IMG/VR virus record: IMGVR_UViG_3300018041_000006
Span: 1 to 62,097 of that record
Origin: a virus
Lineage: Duplodnaviria > Caudoviricetes
Length of the DNA stretch: 62,097 nucleotides
Direction: 5' to 3' (one strand)
Each line of letters opens with the position of its first letter. Positions within the stretch are counted from its first letter, which is position 1. Below the pieces are notes generated by a model. That model saw nothing but the letters and a program-made list of their open reading frames with translations. It ran no database searches and had not been told where the DNA came from. This document shows positions 29,501 to 38,800 of the stretch, piece after piece. Position numbers and translations under genes: made by a program.

Positions 29501-30160
29501 TATATTATCAATAGAAGTTACATCGAATGTTCCATAATATTGAGTGTTTCTATATGGAAGGTCTCTAACTTCCTCATCATTATAGAATGGTATATTATTT
29601 GCAGCTAAGCCTGAAATAACTTCAGAATAAATTAATCCCTCTTTATCTTTTAATTCAGTATCAAAATATTCTTTAGCATAATCAAACGTTGTTTCAATGA
29701 TAAGCCTCTTAATTAAAACTCTTTCAGTATCTGAACCGACTTGAGAACTTACATCAAATTTTGTAGTAAGGAGAGGTGTTAAAAAATCTTCGAAAAAATA
29801 ATTTGATTTTATCCCAAACTCTGAAGGCTTATTAACTGAAGTTATATCATTTGCAGGGCTCTTTAAATTCCCAGTATATATTCTTTGGTATGTTCCGTCT
29901 GCTAATTTAATTTTTGAAGTTCCATCTGTTAAGTCTGTTAACGCTTTTAGATTAGTATCTAATCTTTCAAGCTCACGTTGCATATATCCAAATGCTGGAA
30001 CATAAACAGTTTTCGTGCCATCTCCCGTCAAAAGTTCCAAAGGTATACTTTTCTTATCGGTGGTTACTGCCTCATTAATTCTCTCAAATGTCTTAAGAGA
30101 ATTTACATTAATTTCAAGCAATTGCTTGATAACTGTTGAGATTGAATTGTTTGTGTTCAT
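26519..30160 (-). CDS. Large structural protein (1213 aa) with coiled coil and FN3-like segment
   Basis: FWSIP...VQYRY...IRVKSVSEAG pattern; tail/baseplate context. Confidence 0.55.
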   Translation of the reverse strand: MNTNNSISTVIKQLLEINVNSLKTFERINEAVTTDKKSIPLELLTGDGTKTVYVPAFGYMQRELERLDTNLKALTDLTDGTSKIKLADGTYQRIYTGNLKSPANDITSVNKPSEFGIKSNYFFEDFLTPLLTTKFDVSSQVGSDTERVLIKRLIIETTFDYAKEYFDTELKDKEGLIYSEVISGLAANNIPFYNDEEVRDLPYRNTQYYGTFDVTSIDNIQKTVVSGGNSIQRNIKVYTLDKLTYTDSEKELKDTEVLKVGDEVAVNSGKNSTKYRVKNIDSSTRQVELELIQGYEPIKIGADSLRIYKANNIAVEIEINLGFNESMVVFFKAIDPDSNILAENWSPGVSIYSNDLTTTLESGQVKSLADYYKEEVADFGQFIKALKEDAIPPATLGKTPDSPTLEATNFQVVQINKHLTENDAINKVKKLTSDKINVEEAVKKLDDTIVKKRSKVSTRKYSSLIERDRDRNELRSLIESRAAETKLYSSIVNQIKSISSDANVTKIEPKFRIRGFWSIPEPKLAAETIPQNIVQFIVQYRYLSTSGKSSEIAQIPFKSNETEKTGVFSNWNEVKTGVRQRLKDETTGKFYWAEGSVEDGQEINFNQLDIPIQKGEVVDIRVKSVSEAGFPSNPITSDWSDVVRIEFPEGELDTTNISTLVSENETESAVVRINDELESKGVYSHIDDSFIANEKYFSHNATSIASGFLSPEQTPISLFDKLTDLQNEVKSLQETISGIKGELSVKLVNEEGTVINIKRNTNNKVFAGYYADETADLTVKKGHIVTKTFKLLLENTNASQLELIARIIGDRSLPSFRSSASASNAISYGFGIDPDPNFEIPEKVVNDTYYTTEAKYDMVPIQYQNISGDALSLTFGTNSVEYNFSAPYQSAQRRGQFIYSRFMDISNENKLYLDIPAISPTTSSIADYEYLMSYDVTSLPSATGNGSGSDFIWNGTFGTYDSNSLTYDVSGAFSENLVNVTNLTNVTSSNYDGGIYLHKDHPDLVNIYNSYQSSAVDPAGLTGAEVQSILQNQISAGVVGTMPVTATLESDANNGLIQLGYKHTNGLIGTVGGVNYDRTLKMSFDANDQYLLGGKSCGSYLFIAPINPESLLVDGDNKFGKKYIETGETNSVSIDIVFQYRMTDYAGNNATTDTGKVGGIMSTNISNLTYAKKLGLDIFDSDGEQFSFDVEVFAKYKASGTNKNSIKAAQLSI

Positions 30161-30162
30161 GT

Positions 30163-32109
30163 TTACCTAATAATATCTACTTCAAATTGATACGTTACTG
30201 GATCAATACAAATTACTTCAATATATGGTTTATTCGTGATTAAATCTGCTGGAGAAATATCGGCTATTAGCTTATCAAAGTCTCCAGATTTTCTAGTTCT
30301 AATCTTAATGTTATTACCATCCATATTGATAGTTTCAAATGTAATTCTAACAACCTGGCCCTCTTTCCATTGAGTGGTTGAATCATCAATGTATATATTT
30401 AAATCATCATTCGCAGTACCGGTAGAAAACTTATTAATAAAGCTAATTCTATTTGTAAAAGGTTTAAGTTTACACCATATACCATACTGACTTAAGCCAC
30501 TACCATTTATCTGAATATCAAATAATTGATTTGTAGTTATAGAACCAGAAACAGATTTAGAAGCTATATCCCATTTAAATAATCCTAAATTTTCATATCC
30601 TTTAGTAGTGTTGTTTACTTTAATTTTATTTGGAACAGACTTATCAACCGAAGTCCCAGCTCCATCAAATATAACATTTGTATTATATTGTAACTCAACT
30701 GGAATTGTTCCATCAATTAAAGAATTTAATTTATCGTGTGCCTTTGTGATTAGCTTTAATAAAGCATCAGAATCTTTTAATTGAGCTGATGTATTTTGAA
30801 AATCTTGTTCCAGTTCAGTAACTCTAATATCTAAATCCTCTGCAGTTTCTGTTGCTAAAACAAGTTGTTCTATTTGGTTTAACCTTGTCTCTAAATCTCC
30901 ATATCTATCATTTGCTCTAATAAGCAACTCTGCGGCATTCTCTAATAATGTCGTAGTGTCCATGAATAGATCCATAGAGAACGTAGTAAAATCATTAATA
31001 TTAGTTTCTACCCCTACGTTATCAAGTGACGTGTTAAACTTTAAATTTAATTTTAGTGAAAACGCATTTCCATTTAAACCAGTTACTTCGTTTGGCTTAT
31101 ACTTAATTTGTTCATTAATTCTTGCTCCACCGCCACCAATGCTCTTAATATCATCAAGTATTAAAATACCGTATAAATTGGTAGATCTATTTGCAGGAAC
31201 CGAAGAACTATATAAGTCATAATAAACAAGTACTGCATTAAATTTAAAATCACTTCCTTTTTTATTATAGTCGTTAAAATTCTTAACTTTACTATCACTT
31301 GTTATTCCATAATATGATTGAGGATTCCAATCGATACCTACTGAATTGGTACCATTCGTGTTTATATCGTAAAAAGGCCCTAATGCCTGATCATAACTAT
31401 CAACTATTGGCGAAAGATTTAGATTAGGATCTGGGTGTGTTTGATTATCTCTACCTTCAATCCAGTCCGGGTCAGCATATAATTGGTTTGCCGTTGTATT
31501 ATAATTCGATGGCTCAAATAATACAGTCGGTGTAGTTCCTGCAGATGACGGAACATTAATATAAACTTCATGATAAGCGTTCCCTTTATATGCTATATCA
31601 TTTTCAGCATCAATAGATCCTAAATATTTAACTACTCTGTCGTATACCTGACCGGTTTGAGTTGAATTAGAATCTTCTGTGTAATTGCCATTGTTTGATT
31701 CTGTTGAGTCTGCTGATTTAAATCTAACAGCACCAACTTCACTCATCATTTTAAAAAACAGCTTTTCAGCATCTGATTTTAATAAAATAGGATCAAAATC
31801 ATCATCTTGTAGAATAATTTCCTCAGCGTTTAATGCATAATTTTGAAATGTTAACGCAAAATCAACATTTGCACCATTTCCAGAAGGAACATAGTTACTT
31901 CCTGAAGATTCTAATAAATTACTATAATCAATAGTATTAGAACCTAAACTAGATGTTGTAAAATCTGGCAAATCTAATAAAGCATATCTACTAAACTCAA
32001 ATTTAAGATCTGCATTATTAAAAGCACGTGTAATATCTCTTGCAGCTGAGGCAAAAGCATACATTGTACCTCCTTGAGGTTGTGGTATTCTAACTAATGG
32101 AGTCGCCAT
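30163..32109 (-). CDS. Putative baseplate/tail structural protein (648 aa)
   Basis: Context; FNAVLVYYD..NLYGIL motif; central coiled coil. Confidence 0.5.
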   Translation of the reverse strand: MATPLVRIPQPQGGTMYAFASAARDITRAFNNADLKFEFSRYALLDLPDFTTSSLGSNTIDYSNLLESSGSNYVPSGNGANVDFALTFQNYALNAEEIILQDDDFDPILLKSDAEKLFFKMMSEVGAVRFKSADSTESNNGNYTEDSNSTQTGQVYDRVVKYLGSIDAENDIAYKGNAYHEVYINVPSSAGTTPTVLFEPSNYNTTANQLYADPDWIEGRDNQTHPDPNLNLSPIVDSYDQALGPFYDINTNGTNSVGIDWNPQSYYGITSDSKVKNFNDYNKKGSDFKFNAVLVYYDLYSSSVPANRSTNLYGILILDDIKSIGGGGARINEQIKYKPNEVTGLNGNAFSLKLNLKFNTSLDNVGVETNINDFTTFSMDLFMDTTTLLENAAELLIRANDRYGDLETRLNQIEQLVLATETAEDLDIRVTELEQDFQNTSAQLKDSDALLKLITKAHDKLNSLIDGTIPVELQYNTNVIFDGAGTSVDKSVPNKIKVNNTTKGYENLGLFKWDIASKSVSGSITTNQLFDIQINGSGLSQYGIWCKLKPFTNRISFINKFSTGTANDDLNIYIDDSTTQWKEGQVVRITFETINMDGNNIKIRTRKSGDFDKLIADISPADLITNKPYIEVICIDPVTYQFEVDIIR

Positions 32110-32127
32110 TTATTTTACTTATTTTAT

Positions 32128-32718
32128 TTATGCAATTGTTGCGTTGTGTGAACTAATCACGTACCATGTATTATTAGCGCTGAAAAATCTTAAAGTTACA
32201 GATGAATTTAAATCATCTAAACTAATTGAAGTTGCTCCAATATTAACATTGTTTTGTCCTCCCACACTAATTGAGCTTCCAGAAGTACTGATAACAGTTA
32301 CTTCTTGACCTTCTTCTCCAGTAGGTAAGTCAAATGATACTCCACTGAAATAAGTCGACCCTGCCATTTCGGTAGGTGCAGTTGATGTAGAACCATTTCC
32401 TGAGCCAGGTGCTCCAATCATTCCTGATTTTTGAATTTTGCTCTGTAAATCAACATCTCCTCCAAAATCAGCGGCAACGCTAAATACAGCAGACGTAGAA
32501 TCTACTGATAAAATTGGAAGTGTTGAAGATCCATTCAAATAAGTTAAGTTAATAGAAGACGCCGAAATACTATCAACCCCAGAGATCGTACTTGTAGTTG
32601 GATCTATAAGAGATGTAATATCAGCAACTTCATCATTAATAGCCGTAAAGTTAGCGTTAATTGTTAACCTAGAAGATGATAATGAATCTGTTCCTAGAAT
32701 TTCTGTAATGTTTGCCAT
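32128..32718 (-). CDS. Short fibre/baseplate-attached protein
   Basis: N-terminal TDSLSSSRLTINANF resembles the 17619..19547 anchor; fibre-like C-terminus LPTG..GQEVTVI..W. Confidence 0.55.
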   Translation of the reverse strand: MANITEILGTDSLSSSRLTINANFTAINDEVADITSLIDPTTSTISGVDSISASSINLTYLNGSSTLPILSVDSTSAVFSVAADFGGDVDLQSKIQKSGMIGAPGSGNGSTSTAPTEMAGSTYFSGVSFDLPTGEEGQEVTVISTSGSSISVGGQNNVNIGATSISLDDLNSSVTLRFFSANNTWYVISSHNATIA

Positions 32719-32729
32719 CGTTTAATTTT

Positions 32730-35465
32730 TTAGTTTACTTTTAGTATATTTTTGTGAGCGGTGTTAATATTCCCATTAGTATCCTCAACTTCTAATGAAA
32801 TTGTGTATTCTCCAGGGTTCTTAAAGAGATATGTTAACACCATATCACCATAATATATATCACTATTATCTGGATATGTATTATTGGTTATTGTCCATTT
32901 TCTTAATTTCATCCCCGGCATCTTTGAATATTCAGGACAAAATGTAACGTGGGTCGATCTATTAATAGATCTCCAATCAGTAAATATGTCTATCTCGTCA
33001 AATGTAGGATTGTATGTTACTTGGTGAACCTCTCCAATTATGTTGCCATTTGTAATTGAAACCGAATCATATTCATAGGTTCTCGAATCCTGTTTACCAA
33101 CTGCTAGTATATATGCAACCGAATCAACTATACCATCTGGTTGTCCATTTTCTTGACCAACTAAATTATAAATAAATTTATTAATAATATTATCTGATGA
33201 GTTATTTAATTCGTCAACTATTAATTGCCACCCCGCGATATCAGATAGAGATGTTGGTGTTGGTGATTGAATAGTTATAGATCCTGATTCTAATTGATTT
33301 GTTGTTGGATTAATATGGTCTATTGTAAGTACTGAACTATTTTGAATATCTTCAATTATAAAAGAAGCTGCTAAATCAGCACCAATTCTAGTAGAATTCC
33401 ACCAAACATCAGTTGTCCAATTCCAAGAAAAATCACAATTATTCCAAAAGTACGGACCGCTTGTTTCTGAATACCCAGTATCAGAATAGAGATCTAAGTA
33501 TCTGACAACTGTAGAAAAGTTTTCATTAACTTCTTCGCTCGATTCATGTGGATAATTTGCTCGATTTAGTCCAATATACCAACTTCCTATAGATTCATCA
33601 ATTTTATTAGGATTATGTAGTGGCAAATCCCAATATCCACCTACACTATTCCAATTAATCTTTTGTCTATCACTCCATGTGTTTTTTCGTAAAGTTTTAT
33701 AAAATCCATAAAACTCTACTTCTTTCTGATCAACAAAAACCATTTCTCTTTTTAGATCTCTAGACATATGTCCAAAAAGATCGTATGTTCTCATTTCAAT
33801 ATCATAATTTCCTGAGTATGGTAAAAATATTGGAAAAACAATAAAGTCTTCTATTGGTCCTCTAAAAGAGTGAGACCAATTAGGTCCATTAATAATCCAT
33901 TCTATTTCATAAATCCATCTTTTCCACCAATCATTCCAAGTTACTAATAGATTAGGATTAGGATCTACAGCATCATTCCAATTAAATTCAGCAGAATCCC
34001 ATGTATAATCAAAGGTATCTTTACCGTCTAAAATTATAGGACATCCTACTGGAATATCTTCATTAAAAGTTTCAAGACTATTATCATGATAATCTTCATA
34101 AAACAAAGTTATTGCGTTTCTTAAATTTTCTAATTGAATTGAAGAAAGATTGCCATAATCTTTAAATTCTGTATTTAGTAAAGTTTGATAATCTTGATAC
34201 CCAGATCCTGTAGTATCGTTAGGATCAAAAACTTTTTTAAGAATAAGTGAAATATCTTCAATAAAAGTTTTTCTATTTCGTGGAAATTGTTTATATTTAA
34301 TATCGATACCCTCTGTAAAGAATGCGATTGCGTTTTGATTATTCCAGATATTTAAATTTTTCTGCGCAAAGAAATCGCCTTCACCAACAATATCTACTAT
34401 TTTAGCATTTAGAGGAAGATACTCTCTTTGGAGTTTAGACTTTAGGCCGTAGAGTTTAATTAAAACTTCTTCGGGCGTAAAATCAAATACTTCATCTACT
34501 GTTGGAATATCCCAAACATCAACTCCTCCATTAGGAACATTTATTTTATATACTAAACTAAACCTGCTAGTCTTTTTAAGATTACTAGAAGGTATTTCAA
34601 ATGGAAGGCTCTTGCGAACAGCTTCTCCATACTTGCTTGAGTTAGGAACAGGTATTGCTTGTAATTTACCAAATGAGCTGCTTCCTGTATTTATATTTAA
34701 CCAATACTCTTTTAACGTGATATTGTTATATCCAAAGAAATCAATTGCATTGAGAATTGCCTTATAAGTTCCTATAAATGGTTGAATATTTGAAAGTTCT
34801 AAAAGTAATTCTCTTCTTTTTTGATTCATGAGAATATAATCGGGAGACATTTCAGTAATGTCATGTTCTTTAAATAGAATAAAGTCTCCCTCATCTAGAG
34901 TTGCTCCTAAATTTTGAAGTAATAATCTAAGTCTTTCATCTTCACCCACAACTTCGCCGTACACAAAAATCTTAGCGATTAATGTTTTATTAGATCCATC
35001 GATAGAGTATACTAGAAGTGTTCTTTGGTGCCTTCCTTCAATCTGAGAACTTAGCGCTATATTAACTTGAATTGCTTCGTTGTCAAGACTGTTTAATACT
35101 TTAACACCTCCATTTATTGAAGAAATAGTAGAATTATCTAAAACATTTATGCTATAATAATCTTTTACATCGATTTTAGTTAAACCACCTTCTATTTTAG
35201 CACCATAAATAATTATATCACTCGAGTCATAATTATCTTCTTTCCACTCAAATGAAATACTAGATGTACCGGTTTCAGAAACAGGTTTATTTAAATATGT
35301 TCCTCCATTATATTCTACCTCTTCTAAAAAGAAAAGGTTAATAGATTCATATAAGCCAGTTGAAACCTCTTCTAAGTATACCGAAGTTTCAAATACTCCC
35401 TCAGAATTAATAGTAGTATCTAATATACTAGAAGTTCCATTAAATATTTTTAAGTTAGAATACAT
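32730..35465 (-). CDS. Baseplate wedge-like protein (gp7-like position) with C-terminal PKD/Ig-like domain
   Basis: IGTYKAILNAIDFFGY (tail-protein-I/gp7-like); FKNPGEYTISLEVEDTNGN. Confidence 0.55.
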   Translation of the reverse strand: MYSNLKIFNGTSSILDTTINSEGVFETSVYLEEVSTGLYESINLFFLEEVEYNGGTYLNKPVSETGTSSISFEWKEDNYDSSDIIIYGAKIEGGLTKIDVKDYYSINVLDNSTISSINGGVKVLNSLDNEAIQVNIALSSQIEGRHQRTLLVYSIDGSNKTLIAKIFVYGEVVGEDERLRLLLQNLGATLDEGDFILFKEHDITEMSPDYILMNQKRRELLLELSNIQPFIGTYKAILNAIDFFGYNNITLKEYWLNINTGSSSFGKLQAIPVPNSSKYGEAVRKSLPFEIPSSNLKKTSRFSLVYKINVPNGGVDVWDIPTVDEVFDFTPEEVLIKLYGLKSKLQREYLPLNAKIVDIVGEGDFFAQKNLNIWNNQNAIAFFTEGIDIKYKQFPRNRKTFIEDISLILKKVFDPNDTTGSGYQDYQTLLNTEFKDYGNLSSIQLENLRNAITLFYEDYHDNSLETFNEDIPVGCPIILDGKDTFDYTWDSAEFNWNDAVDPNPNLLVTWNDWWKRWIYEIEWIINGPNWSHSFRGPIEDFIVFPIFLPYSGNYDIEMRTYDLFGHMSRDLKREMVFVDQKEVEFYGFYKTLRKNTWSDRQKINWNSVGGYWDLPLHNPNKIDESIGSWYIGLNRANYPHESSEEVNENFSTVVRYLDLYSDTGYSETSGPYFWNNCDFSWNWTTDVWWNSTRIGADLAASFIIEDIQNSSVLTIDHINPTTNQLESGSITIQSPTPTSLSDIAGWQLIVDELNNSSDNIINKFIYNLVGQENGQPDGIVDSVAYILAVGKQDSRTYEYDSVSITNGNIIGEVHQVTYNPTFDEIDIFTDWRSINRSTHVTFCPEYSKMPGMKLRKWTITNNTYPDNSDIYYGDMVLTYLFKNPGEYTISLEVEDTNGNINTAHKNILKVN

Positions 35466-35737
35466 TATCTAATATTTATGTCATCTTTTTTAACGGTAAA
35501 GTTTTTCCACTGTTGTAATTGTTTAACCGACCTTATAAGGTTCATTAAATAATCATTTAAAAATCCAATAAACTCTCGCATTGTTTGATTTCTTTGTATA
35601 TGCGAAGACAGATTTCTTTGCATCAGTTGATCCGAATAATTAAAACCAAGATTTAATCGATTATCCTTTCTAGTCTTAGCACCTTCATATAAATTAGAAA
35701 GTTTGTATTTTAATAAGTCTTTAAATAACGATTCCAT
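35465..35737 (-). CDS. Small baseplate-associated protein
   Basis: Translationally coupled on both sides (TAATG overlaps). Confidence 0.6.
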   Translation of the reverse strand: MESLFKDLLKYKLSNLYEGAKTRKDNRLNLGFNYSDQLMQRNLSSHIQRNQTMREFIGFLNDYLMNLIRSVKQLQQWKNFTVKKDDINIR

Positions 35738-37566
35738 TATAGTGATTTTCTATTTCCAGCTTGAGTTCTTGTATAAATAGTTCTAGGAACTGGTACATCA
35801 TCAAATGTAACAGAAAGACTTGCTTCTTCATTTATAGAAGGAACATCTTTAATTTCGTCTCCATCTCTATCTAACCAGCCTCCTCTAAATACTGCAACTT
35901 CTTCTTTATCCATAATAATATCTCCCCATTGATCTAAACCTGCGATATCCGATGGTATAGAGTCTCCCGGTCCAATTTGAATCTTTTCAACCTCATTAAT
36001 TTTCTTAAAGAAGATATACTTTTGTTTACCATTGCCAATATCTTCTAGAACAACAGGCTCTTGCGCTGCAATTGTAGTTGTTATCGATTCATAATATCCA
36101 ATCCTTCTAGCAGTTTCTTCAGTTTCAGATCTAAATTGAACATTAACAGAATCTACGCCATCAACTTCTTCTAGAATATAGATAATATCACTCTTAGGAA
36201 GTTTATCTCTTCGAGTAACATTTAATAAGTAGTTAGAAACTGCAGATCGGATGTCATTAAAAATATCTTCTTTGCTAAAACCTTCAAAATATCTAACAGA
36301 AATATCCATTGTATATTTTCTAACTTTAGGTTTAACAAATTTAACCTCAGTAGTAACCATCATTTGTCCACTTTCCTGTAACACATCGGTCATTTTATCA
36401 TATTCTGACTGATCAAAAAACATCTCCTGCTCAGGCATAGAAAAATAATCTTGGTTTTTTGATAGTTTTTTTCTAATATCAGGAACTGCAAATATGTAAA
36501 TAACATTGTCATCATCTATGTAGCCATCATCGCTAGTATTGTATGCGTCTATATATGAAAATAAACCATATCTAGATAAAAAGTATTCATAATTATCAGG
36601 AGTTGCTAACACGAATGATTTAGATGAAAGCGGTGCTATTATTTTTGTAAATTCTGTAGATTCTGGCTCAGCTCCCATTTTAGGAGAAGAAGTTATTTCT
36701 ACTGTTAATAGTTCATTTAAATCAAAGAAGTTACCAGAACCATCTCTGCCTTCATCTATCCATTTAATAGTAAGGTCTTCAGCATCTTCTAAATTACCTT
36801 CAGCACCTTGATGTATTATATACTCAATTTCAATAGTTGATCCTAGTTGAGGAATCATTCCAAAATTGTTAGTACCAAAATAAACATCTAATCCTCCAGA
36901 TATTCCTGTTTTTACAATAAATCCTTTATCTCCAGCATTCATTTCATAGACAGAATTAAATTTTGTCCACTGTTCTCCATTTACTGAAACTTTAATTAAA
37001 TTATGATCAGTTTTACCAGAAACTTGAACATTATATGTTTGAAAAGATTCTCCAGTACCTGTTAGTGTTTGAGTTTCTGCCTTTCCTTGAACGATAACAC
37101 CCTTAATTGCCTGTACTTGAGATTTTGAAATTCTAAACGAATCTTTAGAAGTTCTTAACATATAAGACAATCCATTTGCATCAAATTTAAGTTCAGCATT
37201 TGCTGGAATTGTAATACCATCTCCAGCTATTTTAGTAAATTCACCAGATTGCATATTTAATCTAATTGAAATCTCACCAGTTGCTGCAAACCCTCTAGTA
37301 GGATCATGTCCAGCAAGTCTAGCTAAACCATAAATAGATTCTGGCTGTTGGGCAGTATATATGTTTTGCTCAACTGTAGAATCTTCAATATAGAACATTA
37401 TTAATTCCGAAAGTTCAGATAATACTCTTAGTATTTGAGCAAATGGTGAAGCATTAGAGAACAGCGTATTAGATCTCTTATACACTCTAGCAATATATGT
37501 TCTGGTATCATCATATATTTGACCAGCTACTGCTCTCGTCTTTGTTAAAAACTTTAATTCAGCCAT
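35737..37566 (-). CDS. gp6: Baseplate wedge protein gp6/baseplate-J family
   Basis: AQQPESIYGLARLAGH, VYFGTNNFGMIP, GAEGN, GAEPES, TPDNY; follows gp25. Confidence 0.85.
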   Translation of the reverse strand: MAELKFLTKTRAVAGQIYDDTRTYIARVYKRSNTLFSNASPFAQILRVLSELSELIMFYIEDSTVEQNIYTAQQPESIYGLARLAGHDPTRGFAATGEISIRLNMQSGEFTKIAGDGITIPANAELKFDANGLSYMLRTSKDSFRISKSQVQAIKGVIVQGKAETQTLTGTGESFQTYNVQVSGKTDHNLIKVSVNGEQWTKFNSVYEMNAGDKGFIVKTGISGGLDVYFGTNNFGMIPQLGSTIEIEYIIHQGAEGNLEDAEDLTIKWIDEGRDGSGNFFDLNELLTVEITSSPKMGAEPESTEFTKIIAPLSSKSFVLATPDNYEYFLSRYGLFSYIDAYNTSDDGYIDDDNVIYIFAVPDIRKKLSKNQDYFSMPEQEMFFDQSEYDKMTDVLQESGQMMVTTEVKFVKPKVRKYTMDISVRYFEGFSKEDIFNDIRSAVSNYLLNVTRRDKLPKSDIIYILEEVDGVDSVNVQFRSETEETARRIGYYESITTTIAAQEPVVLEDIGNGKQKYIFFKKINEVEKIQIGPGDSIPSDIAGLDQWGDIIMDKEEVAVFRGGWLDRDGDEIKDVPSINEEASLSVTFDDVPVPRTIYTRTQAGNRKSL

Positions 37567-37583
37567 TTAATTTTTTTAATTTT

Positions 37584-37940
37584 TTAAGTAGTTGCAACAG
37601 TGACCATATATTGACTATCAATGGTTATGTCTATATATGCCTCATCTCTAACCTGCCCTCTAACAAAAGAAACTTTAGCATCAACTTTATATTTAGTTGC
37701 TAAAGGGCAATATGTAGAAATTTGCTTATCAATCTCATTTTTTATAGCAAATTCGTTTGCATTTAATTCATATATCATATCATTTAAACTGCATCCAAAA
37801 TCAACATCCCCAAGAACCTCTCCCTTATTCGTAAATAAGATAGTTTCTATTTGAGCAATCAATTGATTAACCTCATTTTTTATATGAGGTTCCCTAGGAT
37901 TAAAATTAGGATCGCCGAGTGTTTTGATATACAGTTCCAT
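37584..37940 (-). CDS. gp25: Baseplate gp25 / sheath initiator
   Basis: ILFTNKGEVLGDVDFGCSL. Confidence 0.88.
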   Translation of the reverse strand: MELYIKTLGDPNFNPREPHIKNEVNQLIAQIETILFTNKGEVLGDVDFGCSLNDMIYELNANEFAIKNEIDKQISTYCPLATKYKVDAKVSFVRGQVRDEAYIDITIDSQYMVTVATT

Positions 37941-37956
37941 ATTCTATTTATTATAA

Positions 37957-38799
37957 TTAGCTGTGGAACATCCAGTCAACGCCTTCATCTCCTTTTATTT
38001 CTTCTTTAATTTCAGCTAGCTCTTCGTCTCCCATTGATTTAATAGCATCATAATCAAAGTCAACATTTCCAGGTAGTGCGAATTTAAATATTCCAAGCTT
38101 AGCGCCCAATGATTGTTTTACTCGAGCACTGACATATCTAAAAAATATTTCATCATTAAACAATGCACAATCTTCGATAGTCTCATACACCTGTAGAACA
38201 ACATCACCCTTAGGAGTGTCACCCATAAATTTAATTTCACCGTTCAATTGTGAATATGCAAATGAGATTGGATTCTCTAGAATTTGTCTAGATAAATCCA
38301 TTAGCGACCTATTAACAACATAGTATTGAAGCTGCTCAGCAAACTCAGCAGGTCCTGAACCTTCATATGCATTTTTAAATAACATTCTATCTAGAGTAAA
38401 GTCTCCTTCTGCACTAAATCTAAAATCTAAACTAGATCCCGCATTCTGCCAACCACTACTTAAATCCCAAAGTCCAAATATAGAAAATACTTCACCAGCT
38501 CCTGAGCTATCAGCACCTGGGAGATGTAAAGCCCTGTGCGATTTAAAATATTCACTTTCAAAAACTTCATGCGGAACATGATAAAAGTTCTCTTGAACAG
38601 AATATTCATAGTTTTTATAGAACCACTTTTTAGCCCTATTAATAATGTTAACAATTTCGCGGGTTGGTAAATTTACAGGCACCATACATGCTCCTGTAAT
38701 TTCATCGCCTAGTTCATCTAGAAACGAATTTAAACAATCATTTCCAAAATCCCTAGGAGTACTAGCACTACCAACACTACCACTTCTAATTTCTCCCAT
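37957..38799 (-). CDS. gp13: Neck protein gp13-like
   Basis: C-terminal YVSARVKQSLGAKLGIFKFALPGNVDFDYDAI...EELAEIKEEI matches the gp13 pattern. Confidence 0.78.
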   Translation of the reverse strand: MGEIRSGSVGSASTPRDFGNDCLNSFLDELGDEITGACMVPVNLPTREIVNIINRAKKWFYKNYEYSVQENFYHVPHEVFESEYFKSHRALHLPGADSSGAGEVFSIFGLWDLSSGWQNAGSSLDFRFSAEGDFTLDRMLFKNAYEGSGPAEFAEQLQYYVVNRSLMDLSRQILENPISFAYSQLNGEIKFMGDTPKGDVVLQVYETIEDCALFNDEIFFRYVSARVKQSLGAKLGIFKFALPGNVDFDYDAIKSMGDEELAEIKEEIKGDEGVDWMFHS

Positions 38800-38800
38800 T